This document shows positions 1-9,690 of a DNA stretch of 64,000 nt, one piece after another. Location: NCBI GenBank assembly GCA_965218435.1, contig CBDCKW010000009.1, positions 1,056,001 to 1,120,000 of the forward strand, in the 5' to 3' direction. A model generated the notes under the pieces. The model was not told the origin of the DNA. It saw only the letters and a program-made list of their open reading frames with translations, and made no database searches. The stretch is from Truepera sp. (GTDB lineage Bacteria; Deinococcota; Deinococci; Deinococcales; Trueperaceae). Position numbers and translations under genes: made by a program. Position 1 is the first letter of the stretch. Every line of letters begins with the position of its first letter.

Positions 1-692
1 CCGCCCCGAGCGTAGCGGTACTCTAACAGCTGAGACACGTGCAGTTCATTGTCTGAGAGTGCCGCCAAACAGTCGGTCAGGTCGCCCGGTGCTGGAATCC
101 CGTACGCTTCCCGGAGACGTCCCGACGAGCCGCCGTCGTCACTCACAGACACGACCGCGGTGATGTTCGAGGTGTAGTGCCGCAACCCCCTCAGCAGGTT
201 AGAGAGTCCGGTGCCGCCGCCGAACGCCACGACGCGCGGCCCTTTGGCGAGCGAGACGCGGCGGTGGAGCAAGACGGCGGCGTCTTTAGGTTTGGGCATC
301 CAGTTTGATAACAGCGAGCGGTTCAGGCGGCCTACGGCCCCAATCGCCAGCACGCTCCCGCCACCCACTAACAGGAGCGCCAAAAGCCCGCCCCAACGCC
401 GCCACCAAAGGCTTCCTAAGACAGAGCTACCAAACGGACCTAGCCCGTAACCCCGGCTCCAGAGCCAGAACGCGCCGACGAGCACCCCAACGAGCAGCGC
501 CCCAACGCCCGCACCGATCACCACGACGTGCCGTTTGACGCCCATTCCCGGCATGAGCCAATAGCGGAGATTGCCGAACCGTCCCCACGGTTTGAGTTCT
601 CTCTGTTTAGGCCCTGTCTGTTCAGGTGCCGTGGGGCGCAGCCGGTTGCTCGGGGAGACCGGTCTGAAGCCGCGCCCGCGCGGTCTAGCCAT
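1..692 (-). CDS. yvcK: YvcK/gluconeogenesis-morphogenetic factor (UDP-GlcNAc-binding), 3' end outside window
   Basis: Manual translation from ATG at 692: ...WLMPGMGVKRH (TM region)...GPRVVAFGGGTGLSNLLRGLRHYTSNITAVVSVSDDGGSSGRLR...PGDL; overlaps the rapZ stop. Confidence 0.9.
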   Translation of the reverse strand, partial: MARPRGRGFRPVSPSNRLRPTAPEQTGPKQRELKPWGRFGNLRYWLMPGMGVKRHVVVIGAGVGALLVGVLVGAFWLWSRGYGLGPFGSSVLGSLWWRRWGGLLALLLVGGGSVLAIGAVGRLNRSLLSNWMPKPKDAAVLLHRRVSLAKGPRVVAFGGGTGLSNLLRGLRHYTSNITAVVSVSDDGGSSGRLREAYGIPAPGDLTDCLAALSDNELHVSQLLEYRYARG

Positions 693-1554
693 GTGCGGCT
701 CCGTGTGCGAGGTCGTATTCAGCCAGAGCTTGCGCCAAGTCGCGGTGCTCGGCGTAGGTGGCGAACACGTCGGCGAGATCGGTTTTGAGGCGTTCGGCAA
801 AGGCGACTGAGCGGTGCTGGCCGCCGGTGCAACCTACTGCAACGGTGTAGCTCGAGCGCCCCGTCACCAGTGCCCGCGTCGCTAGGAGCCGGACAAACTC
901 GCGTAGTTCGGTGTAAAACGCCAACCCTTCAGCGGTAAAGACGTAGGCCGCGACTTCCGGGTCTTGACCGCTTTTAGGGCGCAAGGCTGGATCGTAGTAG
1001 GGGTTAGGAAGCGAGCGCAGGTCGAACACGTTATCCGCGTCAATCGGCACGCCCCGCTTAAACCCGAACGATGAGAGGCGCAGGCGAAATTTACGGTCGT
1101 CGCCAAAGCGTGCTCGTAACTCTTCAGTTAGCTCTCTAGCTGAGAGGCTCGAGGTGTCGAGCACGGTGTCGGCCACCGCCCGAAGGTCACCTAAAACCAC
1201 GCGTTCGCTGGCGATATCTTGCTGCAAGGGTGCAAACCCGAGCGGGTGCGTACGGCGGGTAAAGTTGTAGCGCCGGATCAGCGTCTCGTCCGTGGCGTCT
1301 AAAAAAACGACTTCAGGGATGATGCCGCGTGCGCGCAACGACCCGAGCGCCGCGCCGAGTTTGGGTAAAAAGACTGCGGTGCGCACCCCGACACCCACAG
1401 CAACTCTCGGTTGAACCGGGTCAGCTTGAGAGACCAGCTCGTCCCATAAGGCGGGCGGCACGTTGTCGGCGGTAAAATAGCCGAGGTCTTCCAAAGCGGC
1501 GAGCGCGGTGGTTCGCCCCGCCCCTGAAAGCCCTGTTAAAATGACAAACCTCAC
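685..1554 (-). CDS. rapZ: RNase adapter RapZ (YvcJ)
   Basis: TGLSGAGRT P-loop, SFGFKRG, DLRSLPNPYY, GCTGGQHRSV motifs; adjacent to yvcK. Confidence 0.95.
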   Translation of the reverse strand: MRFVILTGLSGAGRTTALAALEDLGYFTADNVPPALWDELVSQADPVQPRVAVGVGVRTAVFLPKLGAALGSLRARGIIPEVVFLDATDETLIRRYNFTRRTHPLGFAPLQQDIASERVVLGDLRAVADTVLDTSSLSARELTEELRARFGDDRKFRLRLSSFGFKRGVPIDADNVFDLRSLPNPYYDPALRPKSGQDPEVAAYVFTAEGLAFYTELREFVRLLATRALVTGRSSYTVAVGCTGGQHRSVAFAERLKTDLADVFATYAEHRDLAQALAEYDLAHGAAHG

Positions 1555-1563
1555 CCTTATACC

Positions 1564-2277
1564 TTACGGCCTGGTGAGGCTAAGCGCAAAGACATCTGCG
1601 CCTTGTTGTACGACGGCGACCCCCGCCGAACGCCAGAGCAACTTTCCGGCGGTAACAAGCAGCGACCCTCCGCCTAAGTCGGCGCGGACGAGCGGCACAC
1701 CCCGGCTCTGCGTCGCGCGAAACGTTGCGCGCAACGTTTCGCCAAGACCGGGGGATGAGGCCACTGGGAGAAGCGTGTCAAACCATTCTGAACCGGCCTC
1801 GCTAGCTGACGCGCCGCTTACAGTTTGACCCAAGGCCCAGTTTTGACCGTCAAAGGTGATGGTGCGTTTGCCGTCCGCCTCGAGCCAGAAGGTCACTCGG
1901 CTCGCCGTACTCGACTCGAGCCCCCAAGCCGCAGGTGGAACGAACCCGAGTTCGCGTTCGGCGCAGACGGTCGGTGTCGCTTCTGCTGATAAAGAAACGA
2001 CGAGTGCGTCTGCCGCGACGCGTTGCCGCACATCTTGCGCTAGTCCCTCAGCGTCCGCCCTTGCGCCAAAACAGCCGATTCTGACCTGCGTGAGTGAGGC
2101 TCCCGGTGTAGCGTCCGTATAGGCGTCGTAACCCACGTCCCGAAGCTGCGCCGCGACATCTTCAGCACGCGCGGCTTGCGAATAAGCAAACACCTGAACG
2201 GTCCACCGCTGGGCCGAAGCATAAGTGGGGGTGCTCGAGACCAGCAAAAATAAAAGACAGTATAATACAGCACGCAC
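1564..2277 (-). CDS. Secreted SPOR-domain protein
   Basis: Signal peptide followed by WTVQVFAYS...A..LR..GYDAY....QVRIGCF..RADAE SPOR-like pattern. Confidence 0.7.
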   Translation of the reverse strand: MRAVLYCLLFLLVSSTPTYASAQRWTVQVFAYSQAARAEDVAAQLRDVGYDAYTDATPGASLTQVRIGCFGARADAEGLAQDVRQRVAADALVVSLSAEATPTVCAERELGFVPPAAWGLESSTASRVTFWLEADGKRTITFDGQNWALGQTVSGASASEAGSEWFDTLLPVASSPGLGETLRATFRATQSRGVPLVRADLGGGSLLVTAGKLLWRSAGVAVVQQGADVFALSLTRP

Positions 2278-2400
2278 ACATCATCCTACCAAACTGTAAG
2301 GTGCGTAAGATGTGACTGCGTAAAATAAGTTTGTTTTTTGCTCTTTAAGAGGAATGGGTCTATATTTCCTTACGGCTCATAGCAAAGAGCACACTTGACC

Positions 2401-3322
2401 TTATAGCACATGCTCTTTCAGCCAATTCACCATAATCTGCTGATACTGGCTCGATACCGTTCCCGCATCCCGTCAACGCCACTGCTTGAAATGCTCAGCA
2501 TAAAGTGATTGGCATCTTTTACCCGTTTAACTACGAGGTTTGTCGTTTTTCCCTTTTGCCACTGTGAGATACTTTCATCTACCGGAATCCAGGGGTCTAT
2601 TTCCCCATACATGAGCAAAGTAGGAACCTCAACACGGTCTATAAAAGTACCCAGGTCAAAGTCAAGTATCTTGTGCCATTTTGTCGTCTCAACATTGTCA
2701 GGCAAATCAGTGCTCATGTATGAAAATTGAAACCAAGCTTGTGACTCGGCTTCCTTAAGTCTTTTTTGGGTAGCAGCGCGGCTCGCTTTATTACGGTAAT
2801 AGTCGTCGTAGAGCTTTCTTAAGGCACGCATCTCATCAATTTCTGCGTCTGTAAAGCCATTTTCTTCAAGGGCAAAAGTCGCACTATAAAGCATTTGCTC
2901 AGCAGGGGTTATAGTTGCGCCGGAGACGACAATTAAAAATGCGATATTTTCCGAGAGGGCTGCGGCAAACGGTGCAAGCCAACCCCCTTGACTCATACCC
3001 CATAAGCCAATTTGCTTAATATCCTGCCTTGCTTTCAAGGTGTCTTTGCAAAGAGCAAATCATCAGTGAGGTCTTCAAAAGAAGTATTGTGAGAGTTGCC
3101 CGTTGACTGCCCCTCCCCTCGACGGTCAAATACTAAGACGGCAATGCCAAGCTGTGTCAAAGTTTCAGCTAAATGCTGATAAACATCCCAGTCTCGTGTG
3201 CCACCTTGAGAGGCGTGTGCAACGATGATAGTTGGATATTCAGCAACCCTCTCAGGTTTGTACAGTGTGCCTCCAAGCGTGCTCTTCTCCTCGTTTTGAA
3301 AACGTACCTGTTCTTCAATCAT
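2401..3322 (-). pseudogene. Alpha/beta hydrolase with two single-base frameshifts (pseudogene or sequencing error)
   Basis: ORFs 3035..3349 (FDRRGEGQSTG) and 2427..3038 (GMSQGG nucleophile, DPW, ANH) join if one A is restored near 3050; a natural C-terminus (QIMVNWLKEHVL*, stop 2401) is reached if one G is restored near 2470; AT-richer than neighbours. Confidence 0.75.
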
Positions 3323-3352
3323 GGGGTTACCAACATCGCACAGAGCCAAAAA

Positions 3353-3589
3353 TTAAATCGGGTCTTGCTCGGAGTCGTTGCGCTCAGCCGGGTCGTTCGT
3401 GCCGTGCCGCCCACAACCGGGACAATCAACCGAGATGAGCGGGTCGCCGCCCCCACTTTCTGCCGGGTCGCGCTCGAGCTTAAGCTCTAAAACGCTTTCA
3501 CAGTAGGGGCAGAGTGCGCCCCCTTGAGTTTGGTACGCGACCCAGATCGCGTCCATCTGGTCAGCGGTATAGTCTTCGTGTTTGGTCAT
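3353..3589 (-). CDS. Small zinc-ribbon protein
   Basis: CPYC ... CPGC pairs in a 78-aa ORF. Confidence 0.65.
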   Translation of the reverse strand: MTKHEDYTADQMDAIWVAYQTQGGALCPYCESVLELKLERDPAESGGGDPLISVDCPGCGRHGTNDPAERNDSEQDPI

Positions 3590-3778
3590 TGTGCGCCCTT
3601 CGTCAAGCTTAGCAGGTGTCATCAAACGCTCTTTATCTAAAGTTTGCCGACTATCACGAACATTCTGTGATGATAGCTGTGAAAATTTCTGCTGGAAATG
3701 CTGGCCGCTAAAAAGTCGCTAAGGTCAAGCGCCACGTTTGGGCGTCCCGGTCTCTACGGTCTCGGTTTACAGGTCGGG

Positions 3779-4057
3779 TTACGCTGTTTCGTTCTCAGCC
3801 CAGGGTGAGATGCCTGCCTCGCCCAGTGCTTCGGCCCAGCCGTCCATACACGGATACTTCGACTTGTCGGTGGTGTCGCCGAGTACCCAGTTTAAGATGT
3901 CAACCATTTCGATAAAGCGGGTGCGGCGGGCGTGCCAGTACACGACCTTATCGCTCTGCGCAATCTCAGTTGCGCTCATCTCGATCACGTCGGCGTGCGT
4001 GTCTTCGATTTCTCGGATCATTTCACGAACTTCATCGGGGGTATGGTTAAAGCTCAT
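3779..4057 (-). CDS. Hypothetical protein
   Basis: 92-aa ORF with protein-like composition and AGGAGG/TAAGG upstream. Confidence 0.6.
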   Translation of the reverse strand: MSFNHTPDEVREMIREIEDTHADVIEMSATEIAQSDKVVYWHARRTRFIEMVDILNWVLGDTTDKSKYPCMDGWAEALGEAGISPWAENETA

Positions 4058-4126
4058 ACCTTATTTTGGCAACCTCCTGAGGGTTTGGCTGCGGCCCAGC
4101 TTGCTTTCAGGCAGGTAAGTTGTGCG

Positions 4127-4597
4127 TTACCGGGAGTTTGGAGGCGCAAAGCGAGTTTTGAGGGTCTGCTCGAGCCGTTCCAAAAAGGCCCTGGTAAAGG
4201 GCGTACCGAGAGCGGTAACGCGGGTCTGCGGCGGGTCGCTGCTGAGGCGCGTTACCTCGACGTTGATCCGGTGAACGTCCGGGGGCGCGTCCGACCCGAC
4301 GAAGCCTGCTGCTCTCGAGCGCGCCTCAGCGACGATCAGCCCGGCTTCCCGGTCACTTACCGTAATGAGCCACGGCGTTGACGCACCGCGCCGGTAACCG
4401 TTCACACCTCCTGGATTGTAAGGCGCGACGCCGGGGTCGGCGGCAATGACTTCTAAAACGGTCGTAAAAACCGCGCTATAGGGCGCGTCGTACACTGCCG
4501 GAGCGGTCTGCGCAGCTTGAACTGCGGGCGCACAGGCACTTAGAAGCCACGCTCCCAAAAAGAATATGAGCATGAGCGAACGGCGCACCGGCTTCAT
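4127..4597 (-). CDS. Putative lipoprotein
   Basis: MKPVRRSLMLIFFLGAWLLSAC lipobox. Confidence 0.7.
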   Translation of the reverse strand: MKPVRRSLMLIFFLGAWLLSACAPAVQAAQTAPAVYDAPYSAVFTTVLEVIAADPGVAPYNPGGVNGYRRGASTPWLITVSDREAGLIVAEARSRAAGFVGSDAPPDVHRINVEVTRLSSDPPQTRVTALGTPFTRAFLERLEQTLKTRFAPPNSR

Positions 4598-4602
4598 CTG
4601 CT

Positions 4603-4776
4603 TTAGCGTACAATCCCGACGATGAGCACGAGCACAAAACTTAGCACCGCGACCAGAAAGCCGTGCAGCAGTACCTGCGGGTAACGTGCGCGAACGCCTG
4701 CGAACGCTGAAGCTGTGACCATCAAGATGCCGAGTAGAAACAGTACTGAGATGCTGAAAAGTAGAGGGTCAGCCAT
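4603..4776 (-). CDS. Small two-TM membrane protein (57 aa, below ORF-track cutoff)
   Basis: Manual translation MADPLLFSISVLFLLGILMVTASAFAGVRARYPQVLLHGFLVAVLSFVLVLIVGIVR*; stop lies 5 bp before the next ATG. Confidence 0.6.
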   Translation of the reverse strand: MADPLLFSISVLFLLGILMVTASAFAGVRARYPQVLLHGFLVAVLSFVLVLIVGIVR

Positions 4777-4851
4777 GTCTAGGTAGTATAGCCGCGCAGC
4801 TATAACTGCGAACTGCGCCTTATGCTATTTGAACTTCCAGGGTTTGAACCG

Positions 4852-5109
4852 TTACTGTGAAGTATTGGTATCTTCGACGGCGTTGTCTACCGGATTCGTG
4901 TTGTCTCCGGGAACAGGCGTAGCGTTTCTAGCCGGGAGCACGAGCGCCGCGCCTAAGAACGCAATCACGAGCCCCAGCATCAGCGTGCCGAAACGTCCGA
5001 TAAAGCCCTTTTCCTTACGACCATCGTCGCGCTGCCCCTGAACCAAATTTTGTACAATCAAAAAAAGGCCGATAACCAATAAGATAATCCCTGAAACCGT
5101 CTGCACCAT
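4852..5109 (-). CDS. Small two-TM membrane protein
   Basis: Two hydrophobic stretches and an acidic tail. Confidence 0.6.
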   Translation of the reverse strand: MVQTVSGIILLVIGLFLIVQNLVQGQRDDGRKEKGFIGRFGTLMLGLVIAFLGAALVLPARNATPVPGDNTNPVDNAVEDTNTSQ

Positions 5110-5126
5110 GCCTTTATTATGAAGGT

Positions 5127-5492
5127 GTGAGCGCCGAAAAGAGTGAAAGCTATCCCGCGGAGCTGAGGCGGTTTAGACAGAAGGTATTGGGCTTAGTTGC
5201 CGAGATTCCTCAGGGGCGTGTAGCGACGTATGGGCAGATCGCGCTGTTAGCCGGTCAGCCTCGCGCGGCGCGTCAGGTAGGTGGGGTCTTGTACGGTCTT
5301 GCCGGAACGGACGCTGAGACCCTGCCGTGGCACCGAGTGATCAACGCGCGAGGCGGGATTTCAACCTACAAGGTCGGCGCGGGCGAGTTGCAACGGGCAC
5401 TGTTAGCGTCTGAAGGGGTGCAGTTCGACGCGCGGGGACGCTGCGACTTGGCGCGTTACCGTTTTGACTTTGGTTTGTCCGGTCCTACTTGA
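5127..5492 (+). CDS. Alkyltransferase-like protein (ATL, MGMT family)
   Basis: IPQGRVATYGQIA...ARQVG...PWHRVIN; Trp replaces the catalytic Cys of PCHR, as in ATL/YbaZ. Confidence 0.9.
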   Translation: MSAEKSESYPAELRRFRQKVLGLVAEIPQGRVATYGQIALLAGQPRAARQVGGVLYGLAGTDAETLPWHRVINARGGISTYKVGAGELQRALLASEGVQFDARGRCDLARYRFDFGLSGPT

Positions 5493-6436
5493 ACTGCGGT
5501 ATCGGGCGGCGTCGTTGGGTCGTAAGATTCAGGAACGAGTACCCGGACGCCGTTTGGGACGACTTCGACCTCGAGCGGCGTCCGCCCGAGTTCATCCCCG
5601 TCAATTTCGGTCGGCAGTCCCGGACGCGCACTGATTTTGATCTTTTTGGCCTTAAAGTAGCGCAGATCGCGGTCGGTGCTGTAGTCGCGGCGAAACACCT
5701 TAAAGGCGAGCCTTAGGTTGTCGCGGAGCCCCACCGAGCCGATCGTCACGACGTTCAAAATCCCGTCGTGGTGCCAGATATCGGGGCCGATCGAGATGTT
5801 AGCGTTGTCAATCCGGCCGATGTTGACGACCATGGCGGTGTGCGCCCGGACCCGCTGGCGTTTACCGTCTAAGATAAGTGTCAGCGAGCTGCGTTTAAGC
5901 CGGACGCTCTGCCGCAATCCGACGAGCACATAGGCGAGAAACCCCAACCGGCGTTTGAGCTCGCGCGGTGAGTTTTCAATCACACTTGCGTCGAACCCGG
6001 CTCCGGTAATCAGCGCAAAATAGCGGTCGGCGTTGGGCAGGTAGCCCACGTCTAAGTCCACGACTTTAGACGGGGTATCGAAAAGGAGCTCGAGCGCCTC
6101 CCCCACATTTTTAGGAATCTCTAACGCCAGCGCAATCTGACTCGCTGTCCCCGACGGCAGCTGCGCGAGCGGAATGGGGTTGCCCGCCCGAATCAGCCCC
6201 GACATCGCCTCGACGACGGTGCCGTCGCCTCCCGAAGTCAAAACAATATCAAAGCCTTCGTCAGCGGCTTCTCCGGCCCACCGTTCCGCGTCCCCTTCGC
6301 CCTCGGTGCGGCGCACCACAGCCTCAACCCCGGCTCTTTCCGCCCGTATTTCAATCAGTCCGGTGACCTTGTCCGGGTCTTGCTGCCCGGAAACCGGATT
6401 CATAATGACTAAAATCTTTTTGTAAGGTTGCTGCAC
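5456..6436 (-). CDS. Diacylglycerol/lipid kinase family protein
   Basis: NPVSG, GGDGT, LPSGT, GAGFDA, EIDGD motifs. Confidence 0.9.
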   Translation of the reverse strand: MQQPYKKILVIMNPVSGQQDPDKVTGLIEIRAERAGVEAVVRRTEGEGDAERWAGEAADEGFDIVLTSGGDGTVVEAMSGLIRAGNPIPLAQLPSGTASQIALALEIPKNVGEALELLFDTPSKVVDLDVGYLPNADRYFALITGAGFDASVIENSPRELKRRLGFLAYVLVGLRQSVRLKRSSLTLILDGKRQRVRAHTAMVVNIGRIDNANISIGPDIWHHDGILNVVTIGSVGLRDNLRLAFKVFRRDYSTDRDLRYFKAKKIKISARPGLPTEIDGDELGRTPLEVEVVPNGVRVLVPESYDPTTPPDTAVQVGPDKPKSKR

Positions 6437-6478
6437 TCCTGCCCTCTCTCCCCAGTAGGCGGGCCGTATAATAGCCCG

Positions 6479-7702
6479 ATGACGACATCATCTTATACCG
6501 AGGGCCTAAAGACTTCTGCTGGTATTTCTGCTGAAGTGGCCTTGACGCGGCGTTTAGTTAAGACGTTTAGCCCTTCAGGGCGCGAGTCACCGGCGGCTGA
6601 GGTGCTCTTGGCAGCGTTTCGGCAAGAGGGGTTTAACGAGGCGTACCTAGACCCTGCCGGGAACGCGGTCGGCATTCTTTACGGCGGCAAAGGCCGAACC
6701 GGGCGCACGGTGATGCTGAACGGGCATATTGACACGGTGCCGCTCGGTGACGAACGTGAGTGGCCCCACCCGCCCTTATCGGGTGAACTCTCTGAGAGCA
6801 GGCTCTGGGGGCGCGGCGCGTGCGACATGAAGGCGGCGCTGGCGTGTATGCTCTACGCGGCCAAAGACGCCCAAGCCGAGCTGGACGGCACGGTCGTGAT
6901 TACCGGGGTAGTGCAAGAAGAGGTCGGTGGTCTCGGCGCACGTTATGTGGGCGAAACCATGCAAGCCGACGTGGTGATTCTGGGTGAACCGAGTAAACTC
7001 AAGCTGATGCTCGGGCACCGGGGGCGCGTCGAGGTTTTAGCGAGTCTACCCGGCAAGATCGCACACGCAGCAAAAAATGAACTCGGCGACAACGCGCTCT
7101 ACCGGGCAGGGCGGTTTTTAGCGGGGCTCGAGACCCTCCCTTTGCCCTCCGGCGGGCCGCTCGGGGGTTCGTCTCTAACCCCGACGAGTTTGACCTCATT
7201 CCCGCTGGACGGCAAAAATGTCGTCCCTGGGCGCGCCGAGCTGACGGTGGATTACCGCAACATCCCCGGTGATGAACCTGAAGAGATTTTGGCGCGGTTG
7301 GGTGGGCTCGAGTCTACTGCCACCCTCACCATCCCCGACGAACACGCCGTCAGCGAAAGTGGCGAAGTTTCCTACACCTTCCCGCGTATCGTGCCGGTTT
7401 ACGCCGCGCCGAGTGACCACCCGGACGTGGAGATAGCGCGGCAGACCCTTATGCAAGTCATGCAAGACGCCGGTCAACCTTTCGGTGAAGGTCACTGGTG
7501 GTTCGGTACCGACGCGCCGCATCTAGCAAAAACCACTGTTAAAACTGCGGGCGGCGGCGTGGTCATCGGCTTTGGCCCCGGTGAGGAAGAACTCGCGCAC
7601 ACGACGCGCGAAAGTGTTCCTTTAGACCATCTGCAGCTGGCTAGACAAGGTTACGCCGCCCTCCTCCGGGCTTATCTAGGGCACAAGGATAGTGGCGCGT
7701 GA
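6479..7702 (+). CDS. M20 family metallohydrolase (ArgE/DapE/LysK-like)
   Basis: LNGHIDTV, GRGACDMK, QEEVG, GEPS, AHT motifs. Confidence 0.9.
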   Translation: MTTSSYTEGLKTSAGISAEVALTRRLVKTFSPSGRESPAAEVLLAAFRQEGFNEAYLDPAGNAVGILYGGKGRTGRTVMLNGHIDTVPLGDEREWPHPPLSGELSESRLWGRGACDMKAALACMLYAAKDAQAELDGTVVITGVVQEEVGGLGARYVGETMQADVVILGEPSKLKLMLGHRGRVEVLASLPGKIAHAAKNELGDNALYRAGRFLAGLETLPLPSGGPLGGSSLTPTSLTSFPLDGKNVVPGRAELTVDYRNIPGDEPEEILARLGGLESTATLTIPDEHAVSESGEVSYTFPRIVPVYAAPSDHPDVEIARQTLMQVMQDAGQPFGEGHWWFGTDAPHLAKTTVKTAGGGVVIGFGPGEEELAHTTRESVPLDHLQLARQGYAALLRAYLGHKDSGA

Positions 7703-8046
7703 AAGGCGACACGGTTAAAGGCAACACCGTAAGGCTTAACGGCGACCTCTGGACCGTCGTAGACGTAGCCCCGGCTGAACCCCTCGCTGAGATGGTGGCG
7801 ACAATTTTAGAAGAAGAGGGCTTCACAGTGGTTGTCCGAGTCGCGGCGGGGATGGCCGACGTGCTGACGCATCTGGGCGGCGTCAGCAGCGAAACGACCT
7901 TGGTGCTCGTCCCTGAAGGGCAGGCTGAAGCGGCGCTTGAACTTATCGCTGAAACGGTCACCGATTACGAAGGGGAAGAACTCGAGGCCCTCCTAGCCGA
8001 GGGTTTTGAAACCGAAGGTCTTGACGAGGATGCCGAAACCTCCTAG
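7699..8046 (+). CDS. Hypothetical protein (DUF2007-like fold)
   Basis: AEMVATILEEEG...LVLVPEGQAEAALELI pattern; GTGA overlap with the upstream stop. Confidence 0.6.
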   Translation: MKGDTVKGNTVRLNGDLWTVVDVAPAEPLAEMVATILEEEGFTVVVRVAAGMADVLTHLGGVSSETTLVLVPEGQAEAALELIAETVTDYEGEELEALLAEGFETEGLDEDAETS

Positions 8047-8971
8047 TACGGAGCACCCTGTCCGGCCGCTGCCGCTGACGACCGCGCAGGGCGCGTGGCT
8101 GAGCCTCGTGCTCGCGGTCGTTGTGCTGGTCCTCAAAGGGGGCGCGTACACCGCGAGCGGGTCGGTGGCGCTTCTTTCAGACGCCGCCGAGTCTCTGGTC
8201 AACGTGGCGGCGGCCCTCGGCGTGATGGTCTCGCTCCGGGTTGCCCGGACGCCGCCCGACTATCTGCACCCTTACGGCCACAGCAAAGCCGAATACCTCT
8301 CCTCCGCCTTTGAAGGCACGCTCATTCTGGTTGCAGCGGTGGTCATCATTGTGACCTCGGGGCTCCGGTTGCTGAGCCCGCAACCGTTAGCAGAACCTTT
8401 CCTGGGTGCCGGTATCGCGCTCGCTGCGACCCTCCTTAACGGCGGCGGCGCGTTCTATCTGCAACGTCTGGCACGGCAAGCGGAGTCGGCGGCGCTCAGG
8501 GCGAACGCACGCCACCTCTGGACCGACGTGTGGACCTCGGTCGGTGTGGTCGTCGCGGTTGTGCTCGTGACGCTGACGGGCTGGCTCGTGCTCGACCCGA
8601 TCATCGGTCTGCTCGTCGGTCTCAATATCGTCCGTGAGGGCTGGTTGGTTGTCTCGGGTTCATTTTCGGATTTGCTCGACGCGCGTTTGCCCGAAGCCGA
8701 AGAGCGGCTGATTATGGACGCCCTCGAGAGTCGCCCCGAGGTACTGGGCTATCACCGGTTGCGGTCACGGCGCAGCGGCTCGGGTCGTTTTGCCGAGGTG
8801 GACATCTTTGTAGACCCGCTGATGAGCGTCGGCGCAGCGCACAAACTTGTGAGTGACCTCGAGGCCGCCCTGCAACGCTCCTTGCCGGGAATCGTCACCA
8901 CCGTTCACGTCGAACCTACCGAGGTCGGGGTACGTGAAGGCCCCAGAACGCCTCGAGACGAGTTTCGCTAA
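8030..8971 (+). CDS. Cation diffusion facilitator (FieF-like) transporter
   Basis: GSVALLSDAAES, HPYGHSKAEY, HLWTD, C-terminal VHVEP. Confidence 0.92.
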   Translation: MPKPPSTEHPVRPLPLTTAQGAWLSLVLAVVVLVLKGGAYTASGSVALLSDAAESLVNVAAALGVMVSLRVARTPPDYLHPYGHSKAEYLSSAFEGTLILVAAVVIIVTSGLRLLSPQPLAEPFLGAGIALAATLLNGGGAFYLQRLARQAESAALRANARHLWTDVWTSVGVVVAVVLVTLTGWLVLDPIIGLLVGLNIVREGWLVVSGSFSDLLDARLPEAEERLIMDALESRPEVLGYHRLRSRRSGSGRFAEVDIFVDPLMSVGAAHKLVSDLEAALQRSLPGIVTTVHVEPTEVGVREGPRTPRDEFR

Positions 8972-9018
8972 GTTAGGGTGCGCTTGGCTGAGGGGTAAGA
9001 CGTAGGGCTCAGAGCGTA

Positions 9019-9050
9019 AGAAGTAGAATTGAGAATATAGAACACAGAAT
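9019..9050 (+). repeat. Heptamer tandem repeat (nnAGAAT), STRR-like
   Basis: AGAA at 9025, 9032, 9039, 9046; related arrays near 23709 and 31050. Confidence 0.5.
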
Positions 9051-9104
9051 GGAGGCGTTACTCTCTGAACGTTCAGTCTATAGATACGCTTAGCACCTCG
9101 AGAC

Positions 9105-9662
9105 CTAACGTTTCGACACCGAGCGGCTTTCCGCGTCGTAAAACCGTAGCGGCGCATCTTTCCAGGCTCCGGCATAATCAACGCCGATACGGGTCGTGGT
9201 GACGATGTGCTCCGGCGGTGGCCCGTCGCTCAGCGTTAGCGGTCTTTGGGTCAGGTCGTGGCGGTTGTAGTCTCGGGTCAGCCCTAAAGCCCGCGTCAGT
9301 TTGCCGGGGCCGTCGGTTTTACCCGTAAGGTTTGCCAGCGGTTCACCGGCGCGGATGAGCACCCCCTGTGCGTCCTCTGCAGCTCCCGTAATCACGTTTA
9401 GAAGCTCGTACACGCCGTAAATCAGGTAGAGGTAAGCGCGTCCCGGTGGGCCGAACATCACTTCAGTCCGGGCGGTGCGGCCCTTGGCAGCGTGACAGGC
9501 GAGGTCGTGCGTGCCGACGTAGGCTTCCGTCTCGACGATGCGGAGGCGTTTATCTTCAAAAACGAGCACCTTACCGAGCAACGCTTTGGCGACGGTTTCG
9601 GCGTCTCGAGCGTAAAACGAGGTTGGGAGTACGCTGAGTAGTACAGGGTTGGGCGCGTTCAC
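9105..9662 (-). CDS. DNA-3-methyladenine glycosylase (MPG/AAG family)
   Basis: RIVETEAY, MFGPPG.AYLYLIYG, VLIRA, GPGKL, RIGVDYA. Confidence 0.93.
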   Translation of the reverse strand: MNAPNPVLLSVLPTSFYARDAETVAKALLGKVLVFEDKRLRIVETEAYVGTHDLACHAAKGRTARTEVMFGPPGRAYLYLIYGVYELLNVITGAAEDAQGVLIRAGEPLANLTGKTDGPGKLTRALGLTRDYNRHDLTQRPLTLSDGPPPEHIVTTTRIGVDYAGAWKDAPLRFYDAESRSVSKR

Positions 9663-9690
9663 CCTGTTAGCTTACCCATATAGTACAGAC

